Notes under the pieces: generated by a model
The model's input: only the letters and a program-made list of their open reading frames with translations
Told to the model about the DNA's origin: nothing
Databases searched by the model: none
Translations under genes and position numbers: made by a program
In this document: positions 46,285 through 54,965 of the stretch, piece by piece
Numbering within the stretch: the first letter of the stretch is position 1
How the letters are laid out: every line of letters begins with the position of its first letter
Assembly: GCA_015065445.1 (NCBI GenBank)
Contig: SVQF01000001.1
Span: 37,199-101,198, forward strand
Direction: 5' to 3'
Origin: Oscillospiraceae bacterium
GTDB taxonomy: Bacteria > Bacillota > Clostridia > Oscillospirales > Acutalibacteraceae
DNA: 64,000 nucleotides

Positions 46285-46500
46285 CGAGCCACTTTAGGGG
46301 TACGCCAAGACCTTCCGTAAGGAAGCGAGCGAGAAAACCTGCTATAACCACAGGATTGCCTCCTGTGTTGGCGATGACAGTCGAACTGATAATGATACTT
46401 CTGCTATGACAGTAGCTTCGGGCGACGGAGAGGTGAAATTCCTATGATGCGTAAAAGCAGTACGCAGGCTGATGAACTCCTTTCACACGGGGTGCGTGGC
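46285..46500. ncRNA. GC-rich non-coding segment with multiple hairpins (unclassified candidate structured RNA or small insertion)
   Basis: No ORF is present. Local hairpins include cttcc-GTAA-ggaag, cacagg/cctgtg and tgcgta/tacgca. The segment is flanked by AAATAGTG at 46277-46284 and 46501-46508. Strand is undetermined. Confidence 0.35.
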
Positions 46501-46549
46501 AAATAGTGTGATTACATATAAATGAAACACTTTGAAAGGATTAATGATT

Positions 46550-47455
46550 ATGAGTATAAAATACAAAAACTATTATATTACTTCATTTCCTGCAAAAGAC
46601 GAATACAAATGCAGGCAGAGAAAAAACAAAAAGCTTGAACCGTTTTTCTTTTTAACAAGAAAAGGTTTTAAGAAACTCAAAGACGAACACGACGATATTC
46701 AAGTTATCGGCGATGTTAAACTTCTGCAGCAGAAGTACAAAGAGATTGATTCGGACAGCGTTGAAAATGAAAAGCTGAAACGAAAAATCAAAGGCACGGT
46801 AATGATGAAACTATCGCACATTGACGATTATCAAAAATATGATTTGTATGAACAAAACAGATTTCGTCATTGCGTAGGTTATGCAATGGTAGGCGAAACA
46901 AAGTATGTACGGCTCGTTAAGTTCTCGCCGTTATATATCATTTTAATTCTGTTTCTCGCACTACTGCTTATAGGAACGCTTACCAACTGCCCAAAAATTG
47001 ATCCGATACCTATTATTATGGGCGATGACATTATTGAGCAGCAAGAGGAAATGACTGACTCACCGATTTGTTATTATGTTCCGTTTGAAGAAATAACCGT
47101 CTTGGATAAAGAACATCCAAACTTTGTTTTGTCAAATGTCGAATCAAATAAGGATACATATTATATATCCTATCAAATATTGATTAACGATGTTCCAATG
47201 ACTAATAAAGACGGTTCCACATATTCAACAGGTGCTATACCGCCGGGAAAACAAGTAAGTCTTAACTTATGGAAGCAACTTGATAAAGGCGTTTATGAAA
47301 TTAAGGTTATTGCAACCGATTATGATTATAAACTGCTCAAGGAACTGTCCGAAAATGAAAAGTCATATTCAAGTTCGGAGTATGCTTCTTTATTAGGCAA
47401 AGCAATGAAGCCGGTATCACACACGCTGACAACAACCTTGAAAATCGTTAAATAA
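46550..47455 (+). CDS. Hypothetical membrane-anchored protein
   Basis: About 300 aa with one central TM helix (LYIILILFLALLLIGTL). ATG 46550 follows GAAAGGA. Confidence 0.5.
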   Translation: MSIKYKNYYITSFPAKDEYKCRQRKNKKLEPFFFLTRKGFKKLKDEHDDIQVIGDVKLLQQKYKEIDSDSVENEKLKRKIKGTVMMKLSHIDDYQKYDLYEQNRFRHCVGYAMVGETKYVRLVKFSPLYIILILFLALLLIGTLTNCPKIDPIPIIMGDDIIEQQEEMTDSPICYYVPFEEITVLDKEHPNFVLSNVESNKDTYYISYQILINDVPMTNKDGSTYSTGAIPPGKQVSLNLWKQLDKGVYEIKVIATDYDYKLLKELSENEKSYSSSEYASLLGKAMKPVSHTLTTTLKIVK

Positions 47456-47510
47456 ACAATTTACATGAGGTTATTTAATGTAAAACTAATATGAAAAGGA
47501 GACAAGATTT

Positions 47511-49295
47511 ATGAAATCAATAAACAAATTTATTTCTTTTGTGTTGACCTTAGCAACCCTGCTTTCAATGTCTGTTCCTGTAATGGCTGCCGATTCGGTT
47601 AATTCTACAGGTTCAAATACCACTGATATTGCTGTTATTGATGACAGTTCATATTCAGTACACGGTATAGACAGAAATCAGAGCCAAAAATCCGAGTTTG
47701 AAACCTACACATATACGGGCGATACAATTGTAAGCTCAGTGAATGTTTACGGTACCATTGCCGAAGGCTCGAATGTTTATGACCCCGACAATTCGGACGC
47801 TGACGAAAACGGCTATGTTGACGGAAAAATTGAGGTAGGTGTGCCTACAACAATCATTTTCAGTGGCACAGCTGATTCAGAAGGCTACTATGTCGGCGAA
47901 AGTTCTGGACGAGTTAAAGGCAATATCTCAGGCTCAACAGTAATTGCAGTAGTTCCCGATGACAGCTTTACTCTTTCATCTAAAGGTAAGGATGACATTA
48001 CTGCAACTGTAGAGCAGGACTATACGCAGTTTGTTGTTGAGACTTCTGAACTCACTGGTGAAAAGGTCAACAAAAATGTAACCCCGAGTTACAATGACAG
48101 AGCCGTCTTTAATGTTAGTGTAAAGACAAACGAAGCAACTGCAGGTTCTTGGAAAGGTTCGTTTAATTACAACATTTCACTTTTGAATACTGCTACTGCT
48201 TCTCTCGGCAGGAGAATTACCTCTTGGGACGTATCAGCAACCGAAAACGATGATGTTTGGATGTCTTACTATCAGACAACAGATAATCTCACATCTGGTA
48301 GGTCGGCTGCTTTTGCATCACCGAAAAGAACTACTAACGGAACAACCGTTGAAACCTATGAAGACGGAACGGTAGTTATTTCAGGTATCGGCAATATGGA
48401 GGATGCCGTAAACAAGTATTTCTACGATGTTGATGCAATGAGTGATTCCCTCACAACAAAGATATGGAAACATCTCAAGGATAATCTGTCGGCAGACGAA
48501 TATGCTTCTATCATTGATGAAATTGACGAAAACACACAGACTTACTATTATGAATCATCAAGTGCGTTTGGTCAAAAGAACCTGAAAGGTCTTACTGCAC
48601 AGACAAAGCAACTCATTAAGGATGCTTTTGAGGCTGTGCGCTTTGAAGTTAAGGCAAGTGATTATATTAAGTATACTCCCAAAAATGTAATTATCCTTGA
48701 TGGAGTAACAAATGTATCAAAAGGTGCTTTCAGCACTTGTAAGAGTATAGAAACCGTAACACTTCCCGACACGCTTAAGCGTATTGAAAACAATGCATTC
48801 TTGAACTGTTCTGAATTAACAGGTATTGATATTCCAGAAGGATGTGAATATATCGGTTCAGCCGCATTTCTTGCTTGTGGCAAAATTGGAACGATCAGGG
48901 TTCCTGCAAGTGTTAGGGAGATTCAGGTACTGACATTCATTAGCAACTCTGTTGAAATCAGCGAAAACAACAGAAGCTATACGCTTATTGATGGGGTTAT
49001 TTATAACAAGAATGTTACAGAACTTCATAGTATAACAAAAGACACCCCAAACAGTTTTGTTATACCGAACACAGTAACCAAAATCAAAGATAGTGCTTTG
49101 CAAAAGGATAATATAACTGTAACTATCCCCGCATCGGTAACTGACCTTTCGGTTCACGCATTTGCATCACATTCTAATGGCACAAAAGTCATCTGCAAAT
49201 CTCAGGCAGTATATGACCTTATGATTAATCTCATTGAGGCAAATGCAGGTACAGATGACGAATTCAAAGGCACAGTCGAATTATCAATAGACTAA
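47511..49295 (+). CDS. Secreted BspA-type leucine-rich-repeat surface protein
   Basis: Signal peptide ...SVPVMAADS. C-terminal repeats have the form VTLPDTLKRIENNAFLNCSELTGIDIPEGCEYIGSAAFLACGKI. Confidence 0.8.
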   Translation: MKSINKFISFVLTLATLLSMSVPVMAADSVNSTGSNTTDIAVIDDSSYSVHGIDRNQSQKSEFETYTYTGDTIVSSVNVYGTIAEGSNVYDPDNSDADENGYVDGKIEVGVPTTIIFSGTADSEGYYVGESSGRVKGNISGSTVIAVVPDDSFTLSSKGKDDITATVEQDYTQFVVETSELTGEKVNKNVTPSYNDRAVFNVSVKTNEATAGSWKGSFNYNISLLNTATASLGRRITSWDVSATENDDVWMSYYQTTDNLTSGRSAAFASPKRTTNGTTVETYEDGTVVISGIGNMEDAVNKYFYDVDAMSDSLTTKIWKHLKDNLSADEYASIIDEIDENTQTYYYESSSAFGQKNLKGLTAQTKQLIKDAFEAVRFEVKASDYIKYTPKNVIILDGVTNVSKGAFSTCKSIETVTLPDTLKRIENNAFLNCSELTGIDIPEGCEYIGSAAFLACGKIGTIRVPASVREIQVLTFISNSVEISENNRSYTLIDGVIYNKNVTELHSITKDTPNSFVIPNTVTKIKDSALQKDNITVTIPASVTDLSVHAFASHSNGTKVICKSQAVYDLMINLIEANAGTDDEFKGTVELSID

Positions 49296-49320
49296 AAACC
49301 AACCACATTAAATAACCTCA

Positions 49321-49347
49321 GAAGGCAGTTTAGGCTGCCTTCTTTTT
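49321..49347 (+). terminator. Intrinsic terminator after the LRR gene
   Basis: gaaggcag / ctgccttc stem followed by TTTTT. Confidence 0.65.
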
Positions 49348-49371
49348 ACATCAAAAGGAGGAGTAAATACT

Positions 49372-49518
49372 ATGTTGAAGTTTATACTTGGAGTCTTTAT
49401 AGGCTCTTTGTTCGGCGTAACAACAATGATTTTGGCAACGGCAGCAAAGCAGGCAGATAAAGAACTTGAGAACATACAGACAGGAGAGAAAAAAGACGAT
49501 GATAAAACAAGTGTATAG
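49372..49518 (+). CDS. DUF3789-like small membrane protein (48 aa)
   Basis: MLKFILGVFIGSLFGVTTMILATAA... follows AAAGGAGGAG. It is below the ORF-track length cut-off. Confidence 0.45.
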   Translation: MLKFILGVFIGSLFGVTTMILATAAKQADKELENIQTGEKKDDDKTSV

Positions 49519-50245
49519 AGGCGATATTTTTTACGCTTCACTTGATCCGGTTATAGGTTCGGAACAAGGTGGAAAACGCCCTGTAGTCGTGGTGCGTGGC
49601 AATAGCAAAAACCCTAATAACTCCGTTATTACCATAGCACCCGTTACCACAGAATTAAAAAAGGAGTTTCTCGGAACTCATTTTGTAATAGATGAGGATT
49701 GTAATTTGCCTGAAAAATCAATGCTTTTAGGTGAACAAATACGCTCAATAGATGTTGAGCGTTTAGGAGAATATGTCGGTTCCGTTAGCTATAACACAAT
49801 GATACGAATTGAGGAACACCTCAAATACGGAATCGGCATTAATCCCGATGAAGACCCATACAAGTTTGAAACGGAGTTGTGTGCCTCTTGTGCCGAAAGA
49901 TTCTATAACGGAAAACGATATATCATTCTCCGAAGGGACAAGTTTGATAGAGCAAAAGGCACTTGCTCTTGCTGCGGTAAGCACAAGGCTCACAGATATA
50001 TATTCATACGAAAAAACAAAATGCGTAGGTACTTAAATGATATTCAGGCTATCAAGGACAAGCAGAACAGACGACCTCAAGGAGTTGACCTTTGCTTATG
50101 TCCTTCGTGCTTATCTCATTATTATAACGATGAGAATTATATCGTAAGAAGAATTGACAAATATCAAGAAATCAAGGATACCTGCATGTTGTGTCAGGTA
50201 AAGACGGGTTTTGATTACCATATTACACGAAAAAACACATCTTAA
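49499..50245 (+). CDS. MazF/PemK-like toxin domain fused to two Cys4 zinc-ribbon repeats
   Basis: The N-terminus YRGDIFYASLDPVIGSEQGGKRPVVVV...ITIAPVT is the MazF/PemK signature. Two C-terminal repeats read CxxC..YN....YI..R.DK.....C..C. Confidence 0.75.
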   Translation: MIKQVYRGDIFYASLDPVIGSEQGGKRPVVVVRGNSKNPNNSVITIAPVTTELKKEFLGTHFVIDEDCNLPEKSMLLGEQIRSIDVERLGEYVGSVSYNTMIRIEEHLKYGIGINPDEDPYKFETELCASCAERFYNGKRYIILRRDKFDRAKGTCSCCGKHKAHRYIFIRKNKMRRYLNDIQAIKDKQNRRPQGVDLCLCPSCLSHYYNDENYIVRRIDKYQEIKDTCMLCQVKTGFDYHITRKNTS

Positions 50246-50325
50246 AAGTCAAGTGTGCGATTTGTAAAATCGCATAATTAACAAAAAACCGTTTTTGGTT
50301 TATTGTTCCCACGAAGGAGGTAAAA

Positions 50326-50562
50326 ATGAAAATTGGCGCTGATACAAGTAGTCAAATTTATGTATCAAGTGAAGTTCGCTTCTACACAATGGAAGACTTA
50401 AAGAATATGCTTGGTTGGAGTAAAGATACAATTGTCAAGCTATTTAATGATCCTAAATTTCCTTCGTCAGATTTTGGCAGAGAAAAAGTCGTTGAAGCGC
50501 ACGCTCTCATTGACTACTTTTCATCCAAACACACAAAACGAAATGATAGACATTGGAATTAA
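50326..50562 (+). CDS. xis: Excisionase-like small HTH protein
   Basis: 78 aa, immediately upstream of and overlapping the integrase ORF. GAAGGAGG ribosome-binding site. Confidence 0.55.
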   Translation: MKIGADTSSQIYVSSEVRFYTMEDLKNMLGWSKDTIVKLFNDPKFPSSDFGREKVVEAHALIDYFSSKHTKRNDRHWN

Positions 50563-50576
50563 ATAGGAGAATTATT

Positions 50577-51752
50577 ATGGCAAAAGCAAAGAAACCAACA
50601 AGAAATGACAAGGGTGATGGTACTTTTCGTATTCGACCTAATGGAACTTGTGAGTATCGCATAATCTATATTGATGAGTATGGAGAAACAAAGAGAAAAT
50701 CGTTTTACGGTCAAAGCGATGTTGTTTGTTTGAAAAAGGCAGAACAGTTCCTTGACGAACTTGAAATGTTAAAGCTTGGCATAGATGTTAGAGCAACAAT
50801 TCCTGAGATTGTAAGGGAAAAGTGTAAAAGCGATTATGAAAAAAACTTTATGCATGAACAAGGGTATTCCCGCAATCTCTACACCATATCATTAATCGAA
50901 AAAAGTAACATTGGTAAAACCCCGATTGTGGATTTAACAGAACAACAAATTGATTTGTATTTGCGCTCATTAACCGATTATTCAAATAGTATTATCACCA
51001 AAGTGTATCGACATATAAAATTGGCTTACAAAGAAGCATACAACAAGGGAATAATTGAGAAAAACCTGATGGAGTTAAGTCATATTAGGTGCCCCAAATC
51101 AAACAAAAAAGATAAGAAGGTTACAGGTTTAACTCGTGAGGAACAGAATCGGTTGGTTGAGTTTCTAAAAGAATACAAGCCTCCGAAAAACAGAAATGTA
51201 TATAAAGCTCAGATCCTTATTTCGCTTTATAGTGGTATGCGAATGGGTGAAGTAAACGCTCTCAAACCCGAAAACATTGATTTCAAAAACGGGGTAATTC
51301 ATGTTCGTTCAACAGTATCAAGGGGATTAAATTATGAGAACTTTATCAAGGATGGTACGAAAACCTACGCCGGTATTCGTGATATTCCAATAATGGAAGG
51401 ACTTAAGCCCATTTTAGAAGATGCAATTAATAGTGCAGGTAGGAACAAACAAGGACTATTGTTCTACGATTATGAACACGATAAAATCATCTCCACTTCA
51501 CAAGTTAATCTGTTTTTTAAGCGTGCTTGCGAAAAGTGCGATATTGAGGAACGAGGACAACACGCTTTACGACACACTTTTGCAACAAGATGCATTGAAG
51601 CCAACATTCCTGCTGTTGTATTAAAGAACTGGTTAGGACATACAGATATTCATGTAACTTTGGATACATATGCCGATGTGTTCAGTAGTATGCATAATGA
51701 ATCTATTTTGAAACTCGATACTTATATCAACAATTTATCATCTGCAAGTTAA
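50577..51752 (+). CDS. int: Tyrosine site-specific integrase
   Basis: Catalytic residues lie in YSGMRMGEV (Arg), HALRHTFAT (His-x-x-Arg) and LGHTDIHVTLDTYADV (His...Tyr). Confidence 0.9.
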   Translation: MAKAKKPTRNDKGDGTFRIRPNGTCEYRIIYIDEYGETKRKSFYGQSDVVCLKKAEQFLDELEMLKLGIDVRATIPEIVREKCKSDYEKNFMHEQGYSRNLYTISLIEKSNIGKTPIVDLTEQQIDLYLRSLTDYSNSIITKVYRHIKLAYKEAYNKGIIEKNLMELSHIRCPKSNKKDKKVTGLTREEQNRLVEFLKEYKPPKNRNVYKAQILISLYSGMRMGEVNALKPENIDFKNGVIHVRSTVSRGLNYENFIKDGTKTYAGIRDIPIMEGLKPILEDAINSAGRNKQGLLFYDYEHDKIISTSQVNLFFKRACEKCDIEERGQHALRHTFATRCIEANIPAVVLKNWLGHTDIHVTLDTYADVFSSMHNESILKLDTYINNLSSAS

Positions 51753-51881
51753 TAATTTGCATAAGGGGTAGAATAAGGGGTAGATTTGAAAAATCGGCAA
51801 ATCACTTAACCCTGAAAACCCGCATGAATAGGACGTTTCAAGCGTTTTATTATAATTTCGGTTCCTGTCCGGGTCACCAAG

Positions 51882-51909
51882 AAAAAAGCATCCCATGGGA
51901 TGCTTTTTT
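51882..51909. terminator. Bidirectional terminator at the ICE right junction
   Basis: A-run, then a gcatcc-catg-ggatgc hairpin, then a T-run. Confidence 0.6.
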
Positions 51910-52054
51910 CAATGAAGCCGCTTCGCTAATTAAAGAATGAAGCCACTTTGTTAATGAAGAAATTGAATGTGAGAAATTATTAAATGAAGAATGCGGCTTC
52001 GCTTCATTTCTTCATTCCTTCTTTTCTTCATTAAAGATGTTTTGGAGATTAAAT

Positions 52055-52408
52055 ATGAGAAATGATGAATTATCCGTTCAGTCAATGGATTTTGCTGTTT
52101 CAATAATAAAACTTGTTAAAGAGTTAAAGGCAAAACACGAAACTATTATTTCAAATCAAATTGGAAGAAGCGGAACAAGTATAGGTGCCAACATCAGAGA
52201 AGCTCAATATGCCCATGGAACGGCAGATTTCATATCAAAGCTCCAAATTGCATTAAAAGAGGCAAACGAAACAGGATACTGGCTCGAATTACTATATAAT
52301 ACCGAATACATTTCGTTAACTGAATACAAAAATCTTGAGGATGTCTGCAGAAGCCTGCGGGTAATGCTGATTTCTTCGATAAATACTGTAAAAAAGAATA
52401 GCAAGTAA
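52055..52408 (+). CDS. Four-helix-bundle protein (23S rRNA intervening-sequence protein family)
   Basis: ...QIGRSGTSIGANIREAQYA....DFISKLQIALKEANETGYWLELL is the family signature. Confidence 0.8.
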   Translation: MRNDELSVQSMDFAVSIIKLVKELKAKHETIISNQIGRSGTSIGANIREAQYAHGTADFISKLQIALKEANETGYWLELLYNTEYISLTEYKNLEDVCRSLRVMLISSINTVKKNSK

Positions 52409-52538
52409 ACAGCATAAGGGACTAATCACAATTTTATTTGTGAAAGTCCCTTTGTCTTTTAAAGAAACCCCTGTCCAAGTCAATAAAAAGACGAAAAATT
52501 CTTATGGTCTCCCAATGGTCACTTTATTGATAATGCTT

Positions 52539-53522
52539 TTAGAGGTTTTCCAAACACATTACGATATTTCCAGCTAAATCTTGATTTGAAATATTTATTG
52601 TTCTTCCGTATGTATTTAATTTTGAGAAGAATAACTGTAATTGTTTAAACAAATCGTTGTTACTGATTTTTGTTTTTTCTTGACACTGTTTCATTTTCTT
52701 AATAACAGCGGGAGCAAACAAATCAGCGATACTATCATACCCTGAAAAACTTTGAAAGTAGGTCACATCATAGTAACAAACTTCTGAATACATCCGCAAG
52801 GCATCAGCATATCTTTCCTCTTCGAAAAGAAACTCTGCCATATTAAAGCAGATGTTTCTATATCTACCCACATCTTGAGGCAGATGTAATCCATATTTCT
52901 GTTTATTAAACTGTCCCCAAATTACATCACGATATCTTAAATGTCGTTGATAAATGATTTGATTCAGTTCCCAAACTGATATGCCAAAGTTTTTATGAGA
53001 ATGAATGTACCCTACATATTCATTCTCATTTAATTCCTGCTGCCCAAGTTCTGTTAACGTGTATTTGTTATCTTGAAAATAACCGTTTAATATTGAAGTG
53101 TTAGGACATTCCTTTATTCTGCTAATTAATTCGTCTTTTTTGCCAGAAGCAGGAAGATTTAATTTTGATAATATCTCTTTTAATTGTGCAACCTTTAAAG
53201 TTTCAATTCTTTCGACAGGAGTCGCAAACCGAATAAATCCCCTTTGTGCCAAGGAAGATAATACTGCACCTACATTGTCAAAGCCATAATCAAACCACCA
53301 AAAGTTTTGGTAGCCACCTTTTGGATTTGGATAGTCTCCGCGTTTACAGTAATCTAAAAGGAGTATTTCACCAACTGTGAGACCGTTTTTGCTTCTAAAA
53401 CAGTTTTCATTTAATCGTTTGCTTTCTAATGCGATATTTTGACTATTATCTATTACTTCAAAACTCATATTAACATTGTTTGCACTGTTATTGTTTTTTT
53501 TAAAGATATCAAAAAGTCCCAT
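52539..53522 (-). CDS. SAP-domain-containing hypothetical protein
   Basis: LKVAQLKEILSKLNLPASGKKDELISRI matches the SAP motif. ATG 53522 follows GAGG. Confidence 0.55.
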   Translation of the reverse strand: MGLFDIFKKNNNSANNVNMSFEVIDNSQNIALESKRLNENCFRSKNGLTVGEILLLDYCKRGDYPNPKGGYQNFWWFDYGFDNVGAVLSSLAQRGFIRFATPVERIETLKVAQLKEILSKLNLPASGKKDELISRIKECPNTSILNGYFQDNKYTLTELGQQELNENEYVGYIHSHKNFGISVWELNQIIYQRHLRYRDVIWGQFNKQKYGLHLPQDVGRYRNICFNMAEFLFEEERYADALRMYSEVCYYDVTYFQSFSGYDSIADLFAPAVIKKMKQCQEKTKISNNDLFKQLQLFFSKLNTYGRTINISNQDLAGNIVMCLENL

Positions 53523-53620
53523 ACTATACCTCACTGTATACTTGTTTTAACTAATTATAACATAGCAAAAGAAAAAAGTATAGCTTTAATCTTTTCATGT
53601 TCACGCGGTCACCAAAAATA

Positions 53621-53650
53621 AACAGCACCTTATGGTGCTGTTTTATTTTT
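53621..53650. terminator. Bidirectional terminator at the low-GC/high-GC boundary
   Basis: aacagcacc-ttat-ggtgctgtt hairpin flanked by A- and T-runs. Confidence 0.65.
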
Positions 53651-53760
53651 GTCGGCGGGAATTGGTTCGAGGTCCCCGAAAAGTCGCAAGACTTTTTGGG
53701 GAGAGGAGAAACATTCGCAGTGATTGTCAGTATTTTACACTGCTTTTTTGTGTGTTTCTC

Positions 53761-54963
53761 CTATTCAAACACGCCTGTTATTGATGTGTCTGCGAGGAAG
53801 GTGTTGGCATTGTACAGCCACAGAACGTCAGTTACTTCCTCTTTGCCGATAATCTGCTCGATGTCGTCGGTGTAGTACCTTGGGTCAACTACAACAATGC
53901 TTTTAAAATACGGATACAGCATTGGCAGAAGACAGTTAGCATAAGAGTCCTTGATTACAAGCAGGACCCTGTCGGTATTGCGTGTTGTGGTTATGTTTAT
54001 CTGTGCAAAGTTGCCGCCGAAAAACAGTTCGTACTTGTTTTTCTGCGAAAGTTTTGAACTGTCAAAAAACGACGCACTGTTTTTGTTTTCGTTAACATAT
54101 GTCACGGCGTACTCAACCTTGCTTTGCGGAACCGTTACCTCTATGCTGTCGCTTGTGCTGAACAGCCCTGCCATTGACGAGAGAGTACCTTGAAAATCAT
54201 CTGTTACAAAGTACGTGCTGTACTTTGTGTCTGACGCATCAATCTTCATCTGCTTTGCTATTTCGTCAAACGCAATCCGGGCAGCAGCCGTTGTCCAGTG
54301 GTGGTCTGTTTTGTAGTAGAGCTTTGTTCTGTCAGCCGCCTTGCCAAGCGGCGTGCAGAGGTCGATTGTCTTTATATCTTTGTCAAGGTCTGAATAAACC
54401 TTTTTAATCTGTTCGCTCTGGTTTTCAGCAGGTGCGGTTTTGGGCATATAGTCCGAAAGTATTTCGCACGCATTAGGGGCAATCGCAGCATATGAACGAA
54501 CGTCGCCGTGCTTTTCCGTAAAGTTGTTAATAGCCGCAATTGTTTTGCCGACTGCGACATCGTCATACGACACGGGCTTTTCAAAAAGAAAATGCTTTTT
54601 GCCGATGTAAACTCCGCCGACCTCTTTTTTGCCGACAAAAATATCTATTGCCGTTCGGGTTTTTACAAAATTACTTCTGAACACAAACTGGTCGGAGAGA
54701 TATTTTTCGGCGTCGTCGGTGAACTTGCCGCTTGCGAGTGACGAAAGGCTGAACTTAGGCTTTTGAGCAAGGTTGCGGTTTTCGTCCTCGCTGAACGCCC
54801 TGTCTTTTGCGGCAAGATTAATAATCCCCGTACCCGCAATAATCACGGCAAGGATAATCGCCGTAATTACGGTGCAGAGATTGTCAAACGTGCGGCGGTC
54901 GGTTTCGGTAACCTCGGCGTCGACGTCACGCTCTATTTTGTTTTCAAATCTTTCTTTAAGCAT
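53761..54963 (-). CDS. DHHW-family protein (partner of MBOAT O-acyltransferases)
   Basis: YKTDHHWT motif and an N-terminal TM anchor. It lies 2 nt downstream of the MBOAT gene. Confidence 0.85.
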   Translation of the reverse strand: MLKERFENKIERDVDAEVTETDRRTFDNLCTVITAIILAVIIAGTGIINLAAKDRAFSEDENRNLAQKPKFSLSSLASGKFTDDAEKYLSDQFVFRSNFVKTRTAIDIFVGKKEVGGVYIGKKHFLFEKPVSYDDVAVGKTIAAINNFTEKHGDVRSYAAIAPNACEILSDYMPKTAPAENQSEQIKKVYSDLDKDIKTIDLCTPLGKAADRTKLYYKTDHHWTTAAARIAFDEIAKQMKIDASDTKYSTYFVTDDFQGTLSSMAGLFSTSDSIEVTVPQSKVEYAVTYVNENKNSASFFDSSKLSQKNKYELFFGGNFAQINITTTRNTDRVLLVIKDSYANCLLPMLYPYFKSIVVVDPRYYTDDIEQIIGKEEVTDVLWLYNANTFLADTSITGVFE

Positions 54964-54965
54964 AA

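Larger units (their letters stand above)
1..51880. mobile_element. Integrative conjugative element, partial (left end outside window): T4SS block, cargo/defence region, regulatory module, Xis and tyrosine integrase at the right end
   Basis: Gram-positive T4SS genes lie at 1-6798 and Xis plus a tyrosine recombinase at 50326-51752. Composition is low-GC compared with the region after about 53.7 kb. An att-like short repeat sits next to the integrase. Confidence 0.75.

Noticed and set aside
46282-46500. Group II intron (starts GUGCG) or cobalamin riboswitch (contains GGTGAAATTCC)
   Set aside because: At about 220 nt it is far too short for a group II intron, and no domain V-like hairpin (AGC, bulge, GNRA) is present. 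No B12-box-like GCCACTG/AGYCMGG element lies in the right order for a cobalamin riboswitch.
46462-46500. Second hammerhead core (CTGATGA at 46469-46475)
   Set aside because: The following stem (actcc/ggggt) is not closed by G10.1-C11.1 and is not followed by GAAA. No GUC or stem III arrangement is present.
51855-51880. tRNA 3' end (TTCGGTT-CCTGT-CCGGGTC-A-CCA) as the integration target
   Set aside because: The register fits T-loop, T-stem, acceptor and CCA. However, the conserved A58 position is G, and there is no matching 5' T-stem or remaining tRNA body. The second copy at 53596-53615 does not fit a tRNA register. I kept it only as an att-like repeat.
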